Counted from the whole stretch's first letter, positions 11,774-25,274 are shown. The stretch: DNA of 63,920 nt, filler included, from Octopus bimaculoides (GCF_001194135.2; 6 parts of 4 records of this genome joined end to end with filler, not necessarily neighbours in it); one strand, 5' to 3'. The notes: a model not told the origin generated them from the letters alone. Made by a program: numbers and translations.

Positions 11774-12480
11774 TACACACGTGCATGTGCATGTGTGAGT
11801 ATTACCTTATTTATGGGTATGTCTGGTTACCTTTTATCTAATCTTTAATCCTTATCTTGTGTCACTGTAAATCTCTAACATGACCACTGTCAGTTAATCT
11901 AAAATCATGACACAATAGTCTGATCCATAGCCTACATGGCTATTTATTTCTTCATATTTAGTCTTTGATGACTTATTATATATTAATATTTCTATAACAA
12001 CCAGCCTTCAACTTGAACGAGATTCAAAATGCAAGCTTCAGCAGAAGCTTAAAATGAATTTGTACTATACTGCAAACTAGATAATATTCAACAACTCTTT
12101 AAGGACATTATTGAAAAAATATGTGAGCGAGTGAGCTGAGATTAATTGGATATCTATTTTAATATTGTTCTCTAAATATGCTGTGAACTCTAATTTTCGC
12201 CTCACTCTGTGCACCTAGAATACTAAATATGAATTGTCAGACTTCTTTCCTCTACCAACAACAAATACAAACTAAAGTTGTTTGTTATGAGCAGAGTGCT
12301 GTTTCCCGGAAATGTGCCCATTTAGTTACATATCTTGATACAAGCAGTGAGAAACAACTCTAACCAGTACCTCTATTTTCCATTAGACCATGTGTTTCTG
12401 TTAATATAATTTAAATATAAAAGAAACTATTTGCTTTTTATTGCCATCATTTATTTATTTATTTATTTATTTAGCACCAC

Positions 12481-12529
<49 letters not shown>

Positions 12530-12531
<2 letters not shown>

Positions 12532-12962
12532 GGCAGTGAGCTTACAGAATTGTGCCAGGAAAAAACAACATTTGGTCATCCTTACATTCTAAGTTCAAAT
12601 TCCACCAAAGTTAACTCTGTCTTTCATCCTTTTAGGGTCGATAAAATAAGTACCAGTTGAGCACCAGAGCTGATGTAATCAGCTTACCCCCTCCCCCAAA
12701 CTTACCAGCCCTGTACCAAAATCTGAGACCATTATTATTATTATGAAGGTGGTGAGCTGACAATTCTGTTACCATGCTGGGCAAAATGCTTTGCAGCATT
12801 TCATCCGTTTTTATGTTCTAACTTCAAATTCTGCCAAGGTCATCTTTACTCTTCATCCTTCCAGGGTCACTAAAAGAATTACCAGTTGAGCACCGGGGTT
12901 AATGTAATCAATGTACCTCATCCCCAAAATTGCTGGTCTTGTGCCAAATTTGAAATCATTAT
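12530..12962 (+). mobile_element. Two tandem tRNA-derived SINEs
   Basis: ggcagtgagctt.. / ggtggtgagctg.. heads with a B-box-like agttcaaattcc, followed by the ctttcatcctttaggggtcgataaaataagtaccag central domain. Confidence 0.8.
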
Positions 12963-15540
12963 TTGAGAAATTTGAAAGGGAGGTGGAGCTACAGGCTTGT
13001 GACATAGGAGGCAACTGGGAATTCCTGAGGGACAACTTGCTGAGTGCCACAGACCAAATCTGCAGCTGGTGCAAAGTACCATCCAAACCTTACCAAACCT
13101 AAGGTAACATGGTTGTGGAACAATGCGTTAGACAGGGCCATTAAAGCTAAGAAACAGGCCTGGAAAGCCTGGAAGAACGGGGGTAGCAGGGTACTGTATC
13201 AGATTGCCAGAAGAGAGGATTGGAGACAAGTTTATCTAGCCAAGGGAGAAGCAGAAAAGAAGAAGTTTGCCTATGTTCAGTGGCATGAGGACCAAAGAAC
13301 TGAAGTGTTTCATATTGCAAGACAGTGTGTGAGAGAAAATTGTGATGTCATAGGAGAGAAATGTGTCCATATGGATGATGGTGCACTTGCATTTAATGAT
13401 TCTGCAAAGAAAGAGGCTTGTAAATGCCATTATAAAAGACTGCACTGAATGTGGAGAATAAGTGGGAGGAGGAGAGTCTGCCTAATCTTGATCCAATTGA
13501 GGGACTGGCTACCTGAATCGACAGTTCCATGGTAGATAAAAACAATTAAAGATATGAAGACAGGAAAAGCCCCTGGCTCATCAGGAATCTCCACTGAGCT
13601 GCTTAAAATATTTAGTGGTGTGGGTTATGTCTAGTTACCCGTATTATAAATAAGGTGGTTCATGAAGGAGTCACACCCAATAACTGATGTAGCAGCACCA
13701 TTGTCAACTGCTACAAAGGTAAAAGTTATGCCTTCTATAGAAATAATTACAGAGGTGTCAGATAATTGGATCAGGTGGTGAAAGCTGCAGAGAGAGCCAT
13801 AGAGTTAGCTTATATGAGATGCAGTTTGGTTCTGTGCCAGAGAGAAGTACCACTGATGCTACATTTCTGGTGAGGCAGCTGCGGGAGAAATACATAGCTA
13901 AAGATAAACCTCTGTACTTGGCCTTTATTGACTTGGAGAAAGCCTTTGACAGGGTCCCCTGATCCATTATCAGGTGGTTAATGTGGAAACTAGGGATAGA
14001 CGATGGTTGATGAGAGCTGTACAAGCTATGTACAGGGATACTACCAGTAAGGTGAGGGTTGGTAGTGAGTACAGTGAAGAATTTAGGATACAAGTAGGGG
14101 TTCACCAAAGATCAGTGCTCAGCCACCTCTTGTTCATCATAGTCCTCAAGGCAATAACAGAGGAATTCAAAACAGGCTGCCCCAGGGAGCTCCTCTATGC
14201 TGATGACCCTGTGCTTATAGCTGAATCACTACCTGAAATAGAGAAGTTCCAGGTATGGAAGCAAGGTCTAGAATCAAAGGGCTTTAGGGTTAACCTAGCA
14301 AAAACCAAGGTCTTAGTAAGTAGGAAGGCAGACAAATCACAAATCCCTTCAGGTAGATGGCCTTGCTCAATCTCTAGAAAAGGTGTAGGTAGTAACTCCA
14401 TAAGATGCACCCAGTGTAAGCTTTGGACACATAAAAGGTGCAGCAATATCAGAGGAAGGTTAACAGGGAAACTAGCTTTTGTATGCGGAAGATGCACAAG
14501 TACAATAAACGCTGAAAATGGGCAGAAAATAGACTCCATCAATTGCCAGAAGGGCAAGCTAGAGGTAGTTATCTAGGTGCCCAAGTTAGTAGTGGAGGTG
14601 GATGCTCCAAGAGGGTAGCTGTGAGAATAAAATTAAACTGGGCAAAGTTCAGAGAGCTCCTACCCCTGCTTGCAACAAAGGGCCTCTCTCTCAGAGTGAA
14701 AGGCAGATTATTTGATGCCTGTGTGCAAACAGCTATGCTGCATAGCAGTGAAACATGGGCTGTGATAGCTAAGGACATGTGTAGACTTGAAAGAAATGAA
14801 GTCAGTATGCTTCGCTGTATGTGCAATGTCAGTATTGCATGTTCAACAGAGTGTAAGCATCTTGAGAGAAAAGTTGACATAAGAGGCATCAGATATGGTG
14901 TGCAAGAGAGACAACTGCACTGGTATGGTCATGTGATGCATATGGATGAGGACAGCTATGTAAAGAAATGCCAATCTCTAACTGTGGAGGGAACTTGTGG
15001 TAGAGGTAGACCCAGGAAGATATAGGACAAGATGGAGAAGCATGATCTTCAAACTTTGAACCTCACAGAGACAATGACTGGTGACTGAGACCTTTGGCAA
15101 TATGCTGTGCTTGAGGGGATCCAACAAGCCAAGTGTACCCATGCTGGTGGCATGTAAAGAACACTTTTCAAGCATTGGGCCTCACGGAGGCAAAGTGGTT
15201 GAGTTCCTTTCAAGCATTTGGCCTCATAGAGGCAAAATGGCTGAGCTCCTTTCAATTGATGGGCTTCACAGAGGCAATGGCCGAGACCTTTAGCATTATG
15301 TCATGCTTGAGAAGAAGATCTATCAAGCTGAGCAAAATCACAGTTGTGGCAGATACCGGTGTCATGTAAATGGCACATAAAAGCACCCATTACACTCTCA
15401 GCGGGGTTGACATTAGGAAGGGCATCCAGCCATAGAAAACCATGCCAAATCAGACTGAAGTCTGGTGCAGCCCTCCAGGTTGCCAGCCCAGTCAAACCAT
15501 GCAAATCATGCCAGCAGACAACAGACATTAAATGATGATG
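12963..15540 (+). mobile_element. 5'-truncated degenerate RTE-clade LINE (RT domain)
   Basis: RT motifs LAFIDLEKAFDRV, VGVHQRSVLSHLLF, ELLYADD, LRVNLAKTKVL, a Cys-rich insert and LHWYGHVMHM, with stops and frameshifts. The 3' UTR ends in a (GAT/GAG)n tail. Confidence 0.92.
15160..15292 (+). repeat. About 3 tandem 42-bp units in the RTE 3' region
   Basis: Repeats of caagcattgggcctcacggaggcaaagtggttgagttccttt. Confidence 0.7.
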
Positions 15541-16011
15541 AGGAGGAGGAGGAGGAGGAGGATTTAGTTAGCAGGTATTTTATCTTGAGGTTTCGTAACA
15601 AGTCTCCTTAAATCTCAGGATTCTTGCAGAATATAAAATGGTACTTTACTGCTAGTTGACAATGAAAGTTTCAATTCCAATTTCTTTCAGTCTTTTAGTT
15701 AGCATTTTTGGTGTTGTGCCAAGTGCATCAATTACTATAGGAATAATTGTTGTCTTGGTCTTCACGGTCTTCTCTGCTCTCTGGCTAGATCCTGATATTT
15801 CTTAATTTTTTTTCCATTTCTTTGGTATCGACTCTGCTATCATAGGGAGTTGCAAAATCTATGATCTTACACTCTTTATTTAGTCCTCTATGACAATATC
15901 TGGTCTTCTTACCTCAATGGCATAGTCAGTTTTTACAGAGAAGTCCTATAAGATCTTATAATTCTCTTGTTGTTATTGTTGTTGTTGTTGTTGTTATCAT
16001 TATTATTATTA

Positions 16012-16044
<33 letters not shown>

Positions 16045-16244
16045 CATCATCATCTTTTCTCAGTTCTCTTTCCATTTCTTGCCAATAGTCTCCCTGACAC
16101 CTAGGGCAAAGAAACTCACTGCATACATTGATAAGCCATTAAAATGAACACACTAGAATGTTCATTTACAAAGTCATGTGATAGAAAAAAGGTGAAGAAA
16201 GACAGAGAGAAAAAGGGACAAATAAAAAATAAAAAGGTAAACAC

Positions 16245-17567
16245 AGGCACAGGAGTGGCTGTTTGGTAAGTAGCTTGCTTACCATCGTGATGCCATCGCC
16301 CTCTTCAATAGGGATATTATAGAAAAAGAGCTGGCAGGGTGTTTGCCGGCTAAAAAATACTTTATAGCCAGGGGAGTCAAATATTCAACCGTGTGGTTGC
16401 TGTTTGACTCCCCTGAGGAAGCTGGTAGTGTAGCTAGCCAGCCCCTGCAAGGGGAAGAAATTTTGTTTCTTCCCACTTATTGTGGGAAGAGGGTGATAAG
16501 AGCCTGGGTATGTGCGCTTCCCCCGGGCACCAAAGCGGGGTGGATCACAGATGTCATCCGGTGGGGCCTGGGGGATAGTGGGCCCAGGCTCTTAGATGTG
16601 AAGGTGATGCCTGCGGTCAGCTGGGAGGGTGAAAAGGCGACTTTGACCCTATGGACCCCAGTGACCGCAGGTGAAATGACTTTCCCTGACTTTTTAAAAA
16701 TGGCTGGCTCCAGGTATCCAGTGATACTTGAGTGTCACTCGTGCCTGGAGTCGGACCACATTAGAAAGGACTGCCTAAGGGGCCATGGTAAGGCCCTGGA
16801 GCAGAGAAAGGTGAAGGTGCCCTCCACTCTCCCATTGCAGGGAGAGGCGGAGTAAGTTGTTGAGGGGTTGGCTTTGACAAAAAGGAAGAGGAAGGTGAGC
16901 AACTACTGTTGCTCACCAGGTGAAGTGCAGGTTGCGAGAGAGGAGAAGGTCCCCACCGGGTGTGCCGGTGGAGGCCCCGACTCCCGCAACCAGGAAAAGA
17001 AAGAAGAAAAAAAAAAGAAACGGAAGACGGTCGGCGGATGTTGCTGTGCCACCATCTGAAACCGATGCTCCTCCAGTGGGAAGTGTGCCACCGGAGTGAG
17101 AGGCTCTGTCAGTGCCACTGACAGAGCAGGTTGAAGGAGGATTTTATTTTCCTCCATCCGGGCCTGCCAATGCAGGCTTTCCTGCAGGTGGCAGGAAACT
17201 TACTTGGGGGCCTGGATGAGGAAGATTAATGAAAATTGAATTTTTGTATCTTGTGAATCTTTGATTTTTAAATTGAAAAGTGTTTTCGAGGGGCTATCTG
17301 TCGGCGGGCCCCTCCCATTTTTATTCATTTTTGTCGTTATCATCCTCATCACATTAATTTCTTTGTCCAACCCACAGCTACCTAATCTGTGTACGGCTTT
17401 TATAGCCAATATAATGAAATAAAGTAGCTTGCTTACCAACCACATGGTTCTAGGTTCAGTCCCACTGTGTGACACCTTGGGTAAGTGTCTTCTACTATGG
17501 TCTTGGGCCAACCAAAGCCATGTGAGTGGATTTGGTAGATGGAAGCTAAAAGAAGCCCATCGTATAT

Positions 17568-17606
<39 letters not shown>

Positions 17607-17822
17607 TGTATCTGTGTCTGTCCCCACCACCATCGCTTGACAACCGATGCTGGTGTGTTTACATCCCCATAGCTTAGTAGGTCAACAAAACAGACTGATA
17701 GAATAAGTACTAGGCTTACAAAGAATAAGTCCTGGGGTTGATTTGTTCAACTAAAGGCGGTGCTCCAGCATGGCCACAGTCAAATGACTGAAACAAATAA
17801 AAGAATAAACGAAAAATAAAAT
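16245..17822 (+). mobile_element. tRNA-derived SINE split by the Tx1-like insertion
   Basis: Head ggcacaggagtggctgtttggtaag resumes at 17439 as accacatggttctaggttcagtccc, then an internal (TG)n and the tail ggtgctccagcatggccacagtcaaatgactgaaac. Confidence 0.85.
16285..17421 (+). mobile_element. Tx1/L1-like ORF1-only retroelement with 17-bp TSD, inserted in a SINE head
   Basis: ORF 16343-16855 contains the gag-type knuckle CHSCLESDHIRKDC (CX2CX4HX4C). The 3' end carries AATAAA, and AAGTAGCTTGCTTACCA flanks it at 16268-16284 and 17422-17438. Confidence 0.8.
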
Positions 17823-17849
17823 AAAGGGGAAAAAAGGAAAGAAAATTCA

Positions 17850-18950
17850 CAGTGACAATGCTCTTCTCAGTACATGTGATGTACCAGTCAAGACAATCTT
17901 TTGCACTTCTTGCTTGGATGGTAAGCCAGAAATCATTAAATAATTTTCAATTCCTACAATCACTGGTATTGTAACCATCTTGAGATGCCACATCTTTTTG
18001 ATTTCAATTAGTAAATCTTTATATTTTCTGAGCTAATCAAATGCTTTTGCTGAGATATTATGGTCACAGGTATGCTCATGTCAATCAATAAGCAGACTTT
18101 ATTGTTTTGGTCTTTCACAACAATATCTTGTTTATTTGCTTTGATGATCCAGCCTGTAAATACTGGAAAGTCCCAAAGAATTGTTACATTTTCTCCCACA
18201 GTTACAGCCTCAGGGTGGTGCTTGTACTATTTGTCAGCAGTTTTGATTTTTAATGCTGACACATTATTCAATGTAAATATTGGCCAACTTTGTCATGTTT
18301 TGATACACTCAGAGATTAGGTGGTTCTCTGTTTCAATCCCATCATTGCAGTATCGGCACTTTGGGTCTACTCCATTGGCTTGATAGTTTCAGATCAATAG
18401 TCTTTGATCTTGAGCAGCCAAGATAAAGCCTTTGCTCTCTGCCTTTAGCCCTGAGCTCTGTAACCACTGATAGGTGTGCTTCTGGTCTACATCAACTTGT
18501 GTGCTACAGGCCACATATTTGCCATGCTGAGATTTTTGTTCCCACCTATCAGCCAATTGTTTATATGCATTTTGCTTTGCTATTGATTTCATCTTCTTTA
18601 CGACTACATTTGCTGCACTTCCATCATGCTGTTCAACCTGGGTATTATGCATAAACTCACTTGAAAATTTTTTGCTCTCCTTCATAATAGAATAAAGTTT
18701 CTTATATCTTTCGTGGTTTTCAACCAGCTTTAGCATCCAATCATTAGATGTTTCAAGATATTTTGCCAGTCCAGTTGTGGTGGTTTTGTAAGAGATTTCA
18801 AATTGGATCAAGCCTCGAACTCCTTGAGATCTGGAAAAGTAAAGAAGATTTGCATCTGCCTTTGGGTGATACATCTTATTGCAAGTCAGCAGCTTACGGA
18901 TTTTCCTGTCAGTCTTCCTTATTTCACTCATATTCCAGTTCAACACATTG
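17850..18950 (-). mobile_element. R4/Dong-like RLE LINE fragment
   Basis: RKLLTCNKMYHPKAD..LY..RSQGVRGL, WLQSSGLKAESKGFILAAQDQ, and ILWDFPVFT..IIKANKQDIVV..CLLIDMSIP (restriction-like endonuclease region). Confidence 0.85.
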
Positions 18951-18959
18951 AAACTGTAA

Positions 18960-19391
18960 ATAAATTATTATTATTATTATTATTGACTGAGAGAACAGTG
19001 TATGCCATCAAAGTGACACTGGGGTGCAATATACAAAGTCCAGTATACGAAGCCCAGTACACTCATCATGACTACCTATCTGATAAGGGTACACCAGGCA
19101 CATGCATCACAACCATATGTGATATGTTGATCTCATATCAAGAAAAACAGCACATGACCTTGCAGGTGGGGCCTAGTTAGAATTTTCTTCAGGTCAAGTA
19201 CCCCATCCTACTCAAAAGGTTCCTGAATAAGGATTGTTTAAAGTTGTTGAACAAAACACTCATGTCTTCAGAGGTGAGCTATTCAAACCCCAAAGAACTC
19301 TCAACACATGGCTATGATGCTCCCCACCTATTTCTAATCGTGATCAGAGATGCACATATCATCAACCATTAAGGGAATTCTCAACTGGTTA

Positions 19392-19460
<69 letters not shown>
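18960..19460 (-). mobile_element. LINE 3' UTR fragment bounded by (TTA)n tracts
   Basis: Non-coding repeat-like block flanked by (TTA)n on both sides; the family is not firmly assigned. Confidence 0.45.
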
Positions 19461-19463
<3 letters not shown>

Positions 19464-21229
19464 TGGTATCACACATTGAATCCCCTCTCAAATCATTGCT
19501 GGTGAGTTTTCTCTAAATTTGCTTTTCTTTTGCTGTTTTCAACAGCTGAAATTGTAACTATTGTCTTGCAGATGTATCCAGGTGTCCTCTGGAAAAGTCT
19601 CACCCTGTTTCAATCATAGAAAACATTTTTGGATATATATTTTCAATCATTTCTTCTTTTTCACAAGGTGACCAGCACAATTTTAAATAGAGGAGTGGTT
19701 GTGGGAGAAAATGTAGCTTCTAAAACAATGAGTGGCAGTCATCACTCCCATTGACATTAGCAAAAAACCTACGAACCACCACCATTACCAACAATATCAA
19801 CAGCCAAAACAAGACCACTAACACCAGCATGACCCATGATAACTATAACAAAAATAGTAACGAAACCAGTAACAACAACATCAACAATAACAGTAATGAA
19901 ACAAACGATTTCAGCTATTATAGTATAACTATCATCAACAATAACGACATCAACAGTATCAACATGGAAGACAACAGTAATCCTTTTTACCTAGATAGTA
20001 ACAAAACACACTGAAAGGAACTTCCTTCACAAATATTACAAATAAAAGGGTCACCCACCTCCTGCAAGGGAAAGTGAAGGCCATTGAAAAATATCAAAAA
20101 AATATTATTATTCCATCCAGCATCATGTCTCTCCCAGAAGATTTGCACCAAAAAAAGATCAATAATATATAAGTGCATTAATTACAAAAAAAGAAAGCCA
20201 CAATACCTTTCCCCAGCCAAAACAGAAAATGTCTGGAAGAGGTGTGGCCTTCCATAGTTTATATCTGCTGATGAAGGCAATAAGAGAGTGTGGTAGCTAT
20301 CTGCAGCAATGAAGAGGAAGTGTGCAGGAAGGCTACAATGACCTGCTCCTCCAACCAGTTTGTGATGCTCCCCCTATACATGGGACATCAAGTGTCCAAG
20401 GTCAGGGCCCCGAACGTACCTTCTTATAGGGACAAGGCCACAGTAATGGCCATGCTAGAGGAAGCATGGAGTGATAATAAGCATGAAAACAAGCTAGAAA
20501 GAAAAACAGAATGAGAGTGTCAATGGAGTTCCAGGTTTTGGTTGATCCAGTGTCAAACTCTTCGGATACAGAAATGATTAACACTGTAGTGAGTCAAGAA
20601 AGCTATTTGTGCTACCACAGCATTGTACAGTCAATCAGGGCTGGATGCAAAGGCAAACAAACAGCAGTTATCTGCCTTAGCAGAGAAGCGAGAGTTTTAG
20701 GCAGTTGGCAAGAAGATGGCATAGCAGCAACAATTCTTCCAACATGAAACAGCGTTTGTTTGTTCACCACCAACTTCATGCAACCAACTTGGAGTCACAT
20801 TGGCTCTCAACTTGTCACCTCCTGAGCAGCCTAGTTCGTTTATGCTAACTTCACTACTCGAAAGTCTGGATGACATCAGCCACAATTGAACTGTATTGAA
20901 CTGTATATTTTTGTTTAAGCTAGCTTTGTTCCCATTAGCTTACAATGGCTTTCAACGGAATCATTTTGTGCCAAAAGAAAGTTATAATGCATTACCTGAC
21001 TCACACATACAGGCTACACCTCTTGATACTTGTCAGCATTCGTTCCTATTTTAATAAAGTTACAATGTTTTGTTTACAAACTGCCTTCTGGCATTCATTA
21101 CATATGCTTCTCAGAAGCACATTAAATGGACTTTGTCACAAACACTTTCATACTTTAAATTAGTAACCACTCTCACTAAAATACTATACTGAAAGAATAT
21201 CAGGTATGTACAGGGGCACACATAAACCA

Positions 21230-21565
21230 GGACAAATCAGTGGGTTTGCATCTAGGTTCTTAGAGAGGCAAGTCCATGTTGACTAGCAGTGATTTCTGTT
21301 GATGGATGGGAAGTTCAGTGAAAGTGCTCAGTCTGGTTCAGACCAAACCTCCATGTCAATATCAACTGAGAAGAGGTCATAGTCAGAGTTGCCAAGCTTA
21401 CCCACACATGAGCATAAAAGAAGCTGTTTCTGAAAGGCTGGGCAGAAGTAGAAAATGCATACATCACCTCAGTGGTGTACTGCTGTCTTGCCCTAAGAAA
21501 ACTCTGACCAGATTGGAGTACTTGCTTTTTCAATTCTTATGGAAAGGTCAGAAAAACCATCTGCT
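21230..21565 (+). mobile_element. Tx1/L1-like ORF2 post-RT fragment
   Basis: Across frameshifts it reads WFRPNL...KLFLKGWAEVENAYITSVVY...PKKTLTRLEYLLFQFLWKG. Confidence 0.65.
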
Positions 21566-21809
21566 GTCAACACTCAAATTCCACTGAGGTCGACTTTGCC
21601 TTCATGGGATCAATGAAATAAGTACTAGTAATGCACTGTAATCAACTAGCCCCTTAACCTAAAGTTTCAGGCCTTGTGCCTATAGTAGAAAGGATTATCA
21701 TCATCATAATCAATAACAATTGACATAAATTTGCTTGAAGTTTAAAATAAATCTAAGAAAAACATTCGCATTAGGTATCATCAAGTTTTTGGAAATACTT
21801 TATATTATA

Positions 21810-21990
21810 CTAGCAGTATAACCCGACCTTGTCCAGGTGTGACTTATTACGCCTTCTTCGATAAGTCTTGCTAGGTGAAAATCAACTAAAAAAGAAAGCC
21901 TTACAACGGAAAAACCCGTATGATGTAAATATGTTCATAATTCAAAAGACGATGAAATTAATAGGGAAAGTCTGAAGGTGTAACATTATT
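21810..21990 (-). mobile_element. Helitron-like 3' end
   Basis: The reverse complement ends cctggacaaggtcgggttatactgCTAG|T (hairpin plus CTAG). The 5' boundary was not located. Confidence 0.45.
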
Positions 21991-22508
21991 AAGCATACGT
22001 AAATTTCATCCATCTAATTGGCTGTAGAAATGCTTGTGCAAAACAACTTTTTGTGCTGCCCTGATTATATATATATAGTAGGGTAATCCCTTTTAGTAGG
22101 AGGTAGGATGGCAATTTCTGATGAAGCAATTGCTGGCGATCTGTTGCTACACAGTTTTGCCAGAATTCTATCAGATTAGGCAGAAGATGTTGATGCACCA
22201 TTTTGCATTATGTTCAAAGTAGCTTCTGGAATGTGGTGAATTGCTGCAGTCTGTTGCTGTCATTTTAAACTGGTTGCTTTCTTTCCCTAGCAAACTCTTC
22301 TTTGGAGGCATAATCTATGTATATATTAAACAGAACAACAAAAGTTATAATAGATGGCAGGGTCGGTACTTTCCACATATTTTATTTATTTATTTATTTT
22401 ATTTATGTGTTTCAGCCAAGTGGCTGCGGTCATGCTGGTGCACCACCGTGTAATTTTTCAGATTAACACCCACTGTAATTTTTCAGATTAACACCCGCAC
22501 GATTACTC

Positions 22509-22600
22509 AACCCTAACCCTAAAACCCTAAACCTAACCGTAACACTAACCCTAATCCTAACCCTAAACCCTAACCCTAAAACCCGAACCCTAACACCCTA
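22509..22600. repeat. Interstitial degenerate (CCCTAA)n telomere-like tract
   Basis: About 14 imperfect CCCTAA units. Confidence 0.8.
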
Positions 22601-24281
22601 GTGAAAATCGTGGTATATTTACCAAACATTGACGAACATGAGTTATATTGTTGTCAATGATTGTGTGTACAGGTAGAAGGTAAGAAATATAAAAGTTGTT
22701 AGAAACAACAGTCAAATCTCCCTTAAATCACACAAAGTAAACGGAATTTAAAAAATCTAATTACTGCACTGGAAAGTTCAGATCGAGAAAATTCCATTGA
22801 TGTAAATATTTTTACGAAAAAGTGGAAAATGTGGATTTCTATAAACATTCAAAAAGGCTTCACACAAACACACAATTTCAGATTTATATATTAAGATTAA
22901 TAACTCTCTTAGCTATATTAATAACTCTCTTAGCTTTTACTATCTTTTTTTGTCCTATGTANNNNNNNNNNNNNNNNNNNNNNNNNNNNNNNNNNNNNNN
23001 NNNNNNNNNNNNNNNNNNNNNNNNNNNNNNNNNNNNNNNNNNNNNNNNNNNNNNNNNNNNNNNNNNNNNNNNNNNNNNNNNNNNNNNNNNNNNNNNNNNN
23101 NNNNNNNNNNNNNNNNNNNNNNNNNNNNNNNNNNNNNNNNNNNNNNNNNNNNNNNNNNNNNNNNNNNNNNNNNNNNNNNNNNNNNNNNNNNNNNNNNNNN
23201 NNNNNNNNNNNNNNNNNNNNNNNNNNNNNNNNNNNNNNNNNNNNNNNNNNNNNNNNNNNNNNNNNNNNNNNNNNNNNNNNNNNNNNNNNNNNNNNNNNNN
23301 NNNNNNNNNNNNNNNNNNNNNNNNNNNNNNNNNNNNNNNNNNNNNNNNNNNNNNNNNNNNNNNNNNNNNNNNNNNNNNNNNNNNNNNNNNNNNNNNNNNN
23401 NNNNNNNNNNNNNNNNNNNNNNNNNNNNNNNNNNNNNNNNNNNNNNNNNNNNNNNNNNNNNNNNNNNNNNNNNNNNNNNNNNNNNNNNNNNNNNNNNNNN
23501 NNNNNNNCCCTCTCCCTCTTTTACTCTTACTCCCTATAACAACGCCGGTACAGGGAGAAGGGAAGGAATATAAATGTTGCTAGAAACGACAGCCAAATCT
23601 CCCTTAAATCACACAAAGTAAACGGAATTTAAAAAATCTAATTACTGCACTGGAAAGTTCAGATCGAGAAAATTCCATTGATGTAAATATTTTTACGAAA
23701 AAGTGGAAAATGTGGATTTCTATAAACATTCAAAAAGGCTTCACACAAACACACAATTTCAGATTTATATATTAAGATTAATAACTCTCTTAGCTATATT
23801 AATAACTCTCTTAGCTTTTACTATCTTTTTTTGTCCTATGTAATTAAACTTTTTTTGTTTTGTTTTAGATTTTACACCTGTGTTCATAATTTTAAATCCA
23901 TTTTAGTTGCAATAAAGCACACTACTCAAAATAGATGTTGAACTTATGAACCAAAACTTATGATTCTCTACCTTCATATCTCCTCATGATATTTTTTTAT
24001 AAACTAAAGCATATATGAAGAATAATATCTTAGAATTTGTGATTTTAACTTTGGATTGTCTACTTAAGTTTCTTTAATTTACTTTGTTATGCTTTTTTGA
24101 GGATGTTGAGCAGTATCATGTAGAATATAGGTTTGCCATGAAAATTTGTGGATTTTAGTCTGCAACTAAAGTATATTTCCCTTTTTAAGGAGCAGTTCCT
24201 GTAGAAAAGAATGTTTAACTATAAAATTTGATGCTTCGAAGCTTCAACATATCTAACTAATGTCAATCTGTTTTATTTCAG

Positions 24282-24481
24282 ATAAACAACAGGAATTAGA
24301 TGTGCCAACATTAAAGGTAGAAGATACAGATAGACCAGGAAACAAAGATATATTTCAAAAAGACAAGAACCGACCAATGTGTCAGATATCTGGAGTACGG
24401 AAACTGAAGCATACTAACAGTTTCACAGGTGTTGTTCCAAAACATGGTGTGGAAACGCCTCATAGAGAAGAACTTGGGAAG
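24282..24481 (+). CDS. PDE4: PDE4 internal exon (end of UCR2/linker into start of catalytic region)
   Basis: Acceptor ttttatttcAG, phase-1 start, translation (D)KQQELDVPTLKVE...RPMCQISGVRKLKHTNSFTGVVPKHGVETPHREELGK, GT donor at 24482. Resembles vertebrate PDE4 DKQHEVEIP...RPMSQISGVKKL from recalled sequence. Confidence 0.93.
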
Positions 24482-25274
24482 GTACTTCTTTTTTGTTCTT
24501 TGAAATAGGATTATTTAATAAAGTTAATTACATTTGATTAAGAAAATCTACAGAAAGATAGAAAGAAATAAAAGAGAGATTTTAAAATGTTCAAAATAAT
24601 ATAAAGTGTATTAGTTATGAGAATTACATAAATTTATAAGCTTTAAAAAAAATACCATTTTATTCAGTTCAAGCGCCAGGGTATCTTATTAATTTAAAAA
24701 TTGCATTCTCCTGCAATTTACCCCAGTTTATTAAATTGATGAAGACGGGATTTGTTTTAAATTAATAGTAAGGAATATTTTATATTCTTTAATACAAGCA
24801 AGTTTTAGGGCATTTAGTGTATCACAGTAAATAATGCAAATCTTTGGTGATCCTGGCAAAGTGAAATCCAAACCTGAATGAAATACCAATCAAGACTCAA
24901 TCATCATCCAGCTGGTATCAGTTAATGTTAAGAGTGTAGCATTCAGCATTTCACTAGTGTTGTTTTGGGAGGCAAAACTAAAACACACCAGTTGATGCTG
25001 GTCAAGTGAATGGACATCCAGTTTTAACCAACTAGATTTTCAATATTGCTGTTACACTTTGCTTCACAATAAGATGTTGGGGATCTGTTGATTCGGGTCG
25101 GGGTGGAAAGTTTTTTAAGAAATCGTTTCATGATAGGGGCTGTATTTTCACATCAGCATGAATCTTGATTGCACAGGATTAAAGATGTTTCTTTGTATAT
25201 TTTGTACATTATGTTCATCTCAAATGAACAATTTATAAATTCATATATGACTACCTTTTCTTCTCATTCTCTAG

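Noticed and set aside
12303-12311. TTCCCGGAA STAT/ETS-like site
   Set aside because: A single short motif, expected by chance in 64 kb without supporting context.
19572-19667. 96-bp in-frame phase-1/phase-1 segment (ttgcAG...caag|GTGACC) that could be a PDE4 cassette exon
   Set aside because: The donor is weak, there is no similarity to PDE4, and the 3' half looks like a polypyrimidine tract. It needs junction reads.
19751-20900. Asn/Thr-rich ORF and a weak CNQLG knuckle-like stretch
   Set aside because: A low-complexity trinucleotide decay plus a probably ancient retroelement relic; too degraded to call.
22713-23842. Identical 249-bp blocks on either side of an N gap (22713-22961 and 23594-23842)
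   Set aside because: Exact identity ending at the gap edge is typical of unmerged contig overlap or allelic duplication, not a biological repeat.
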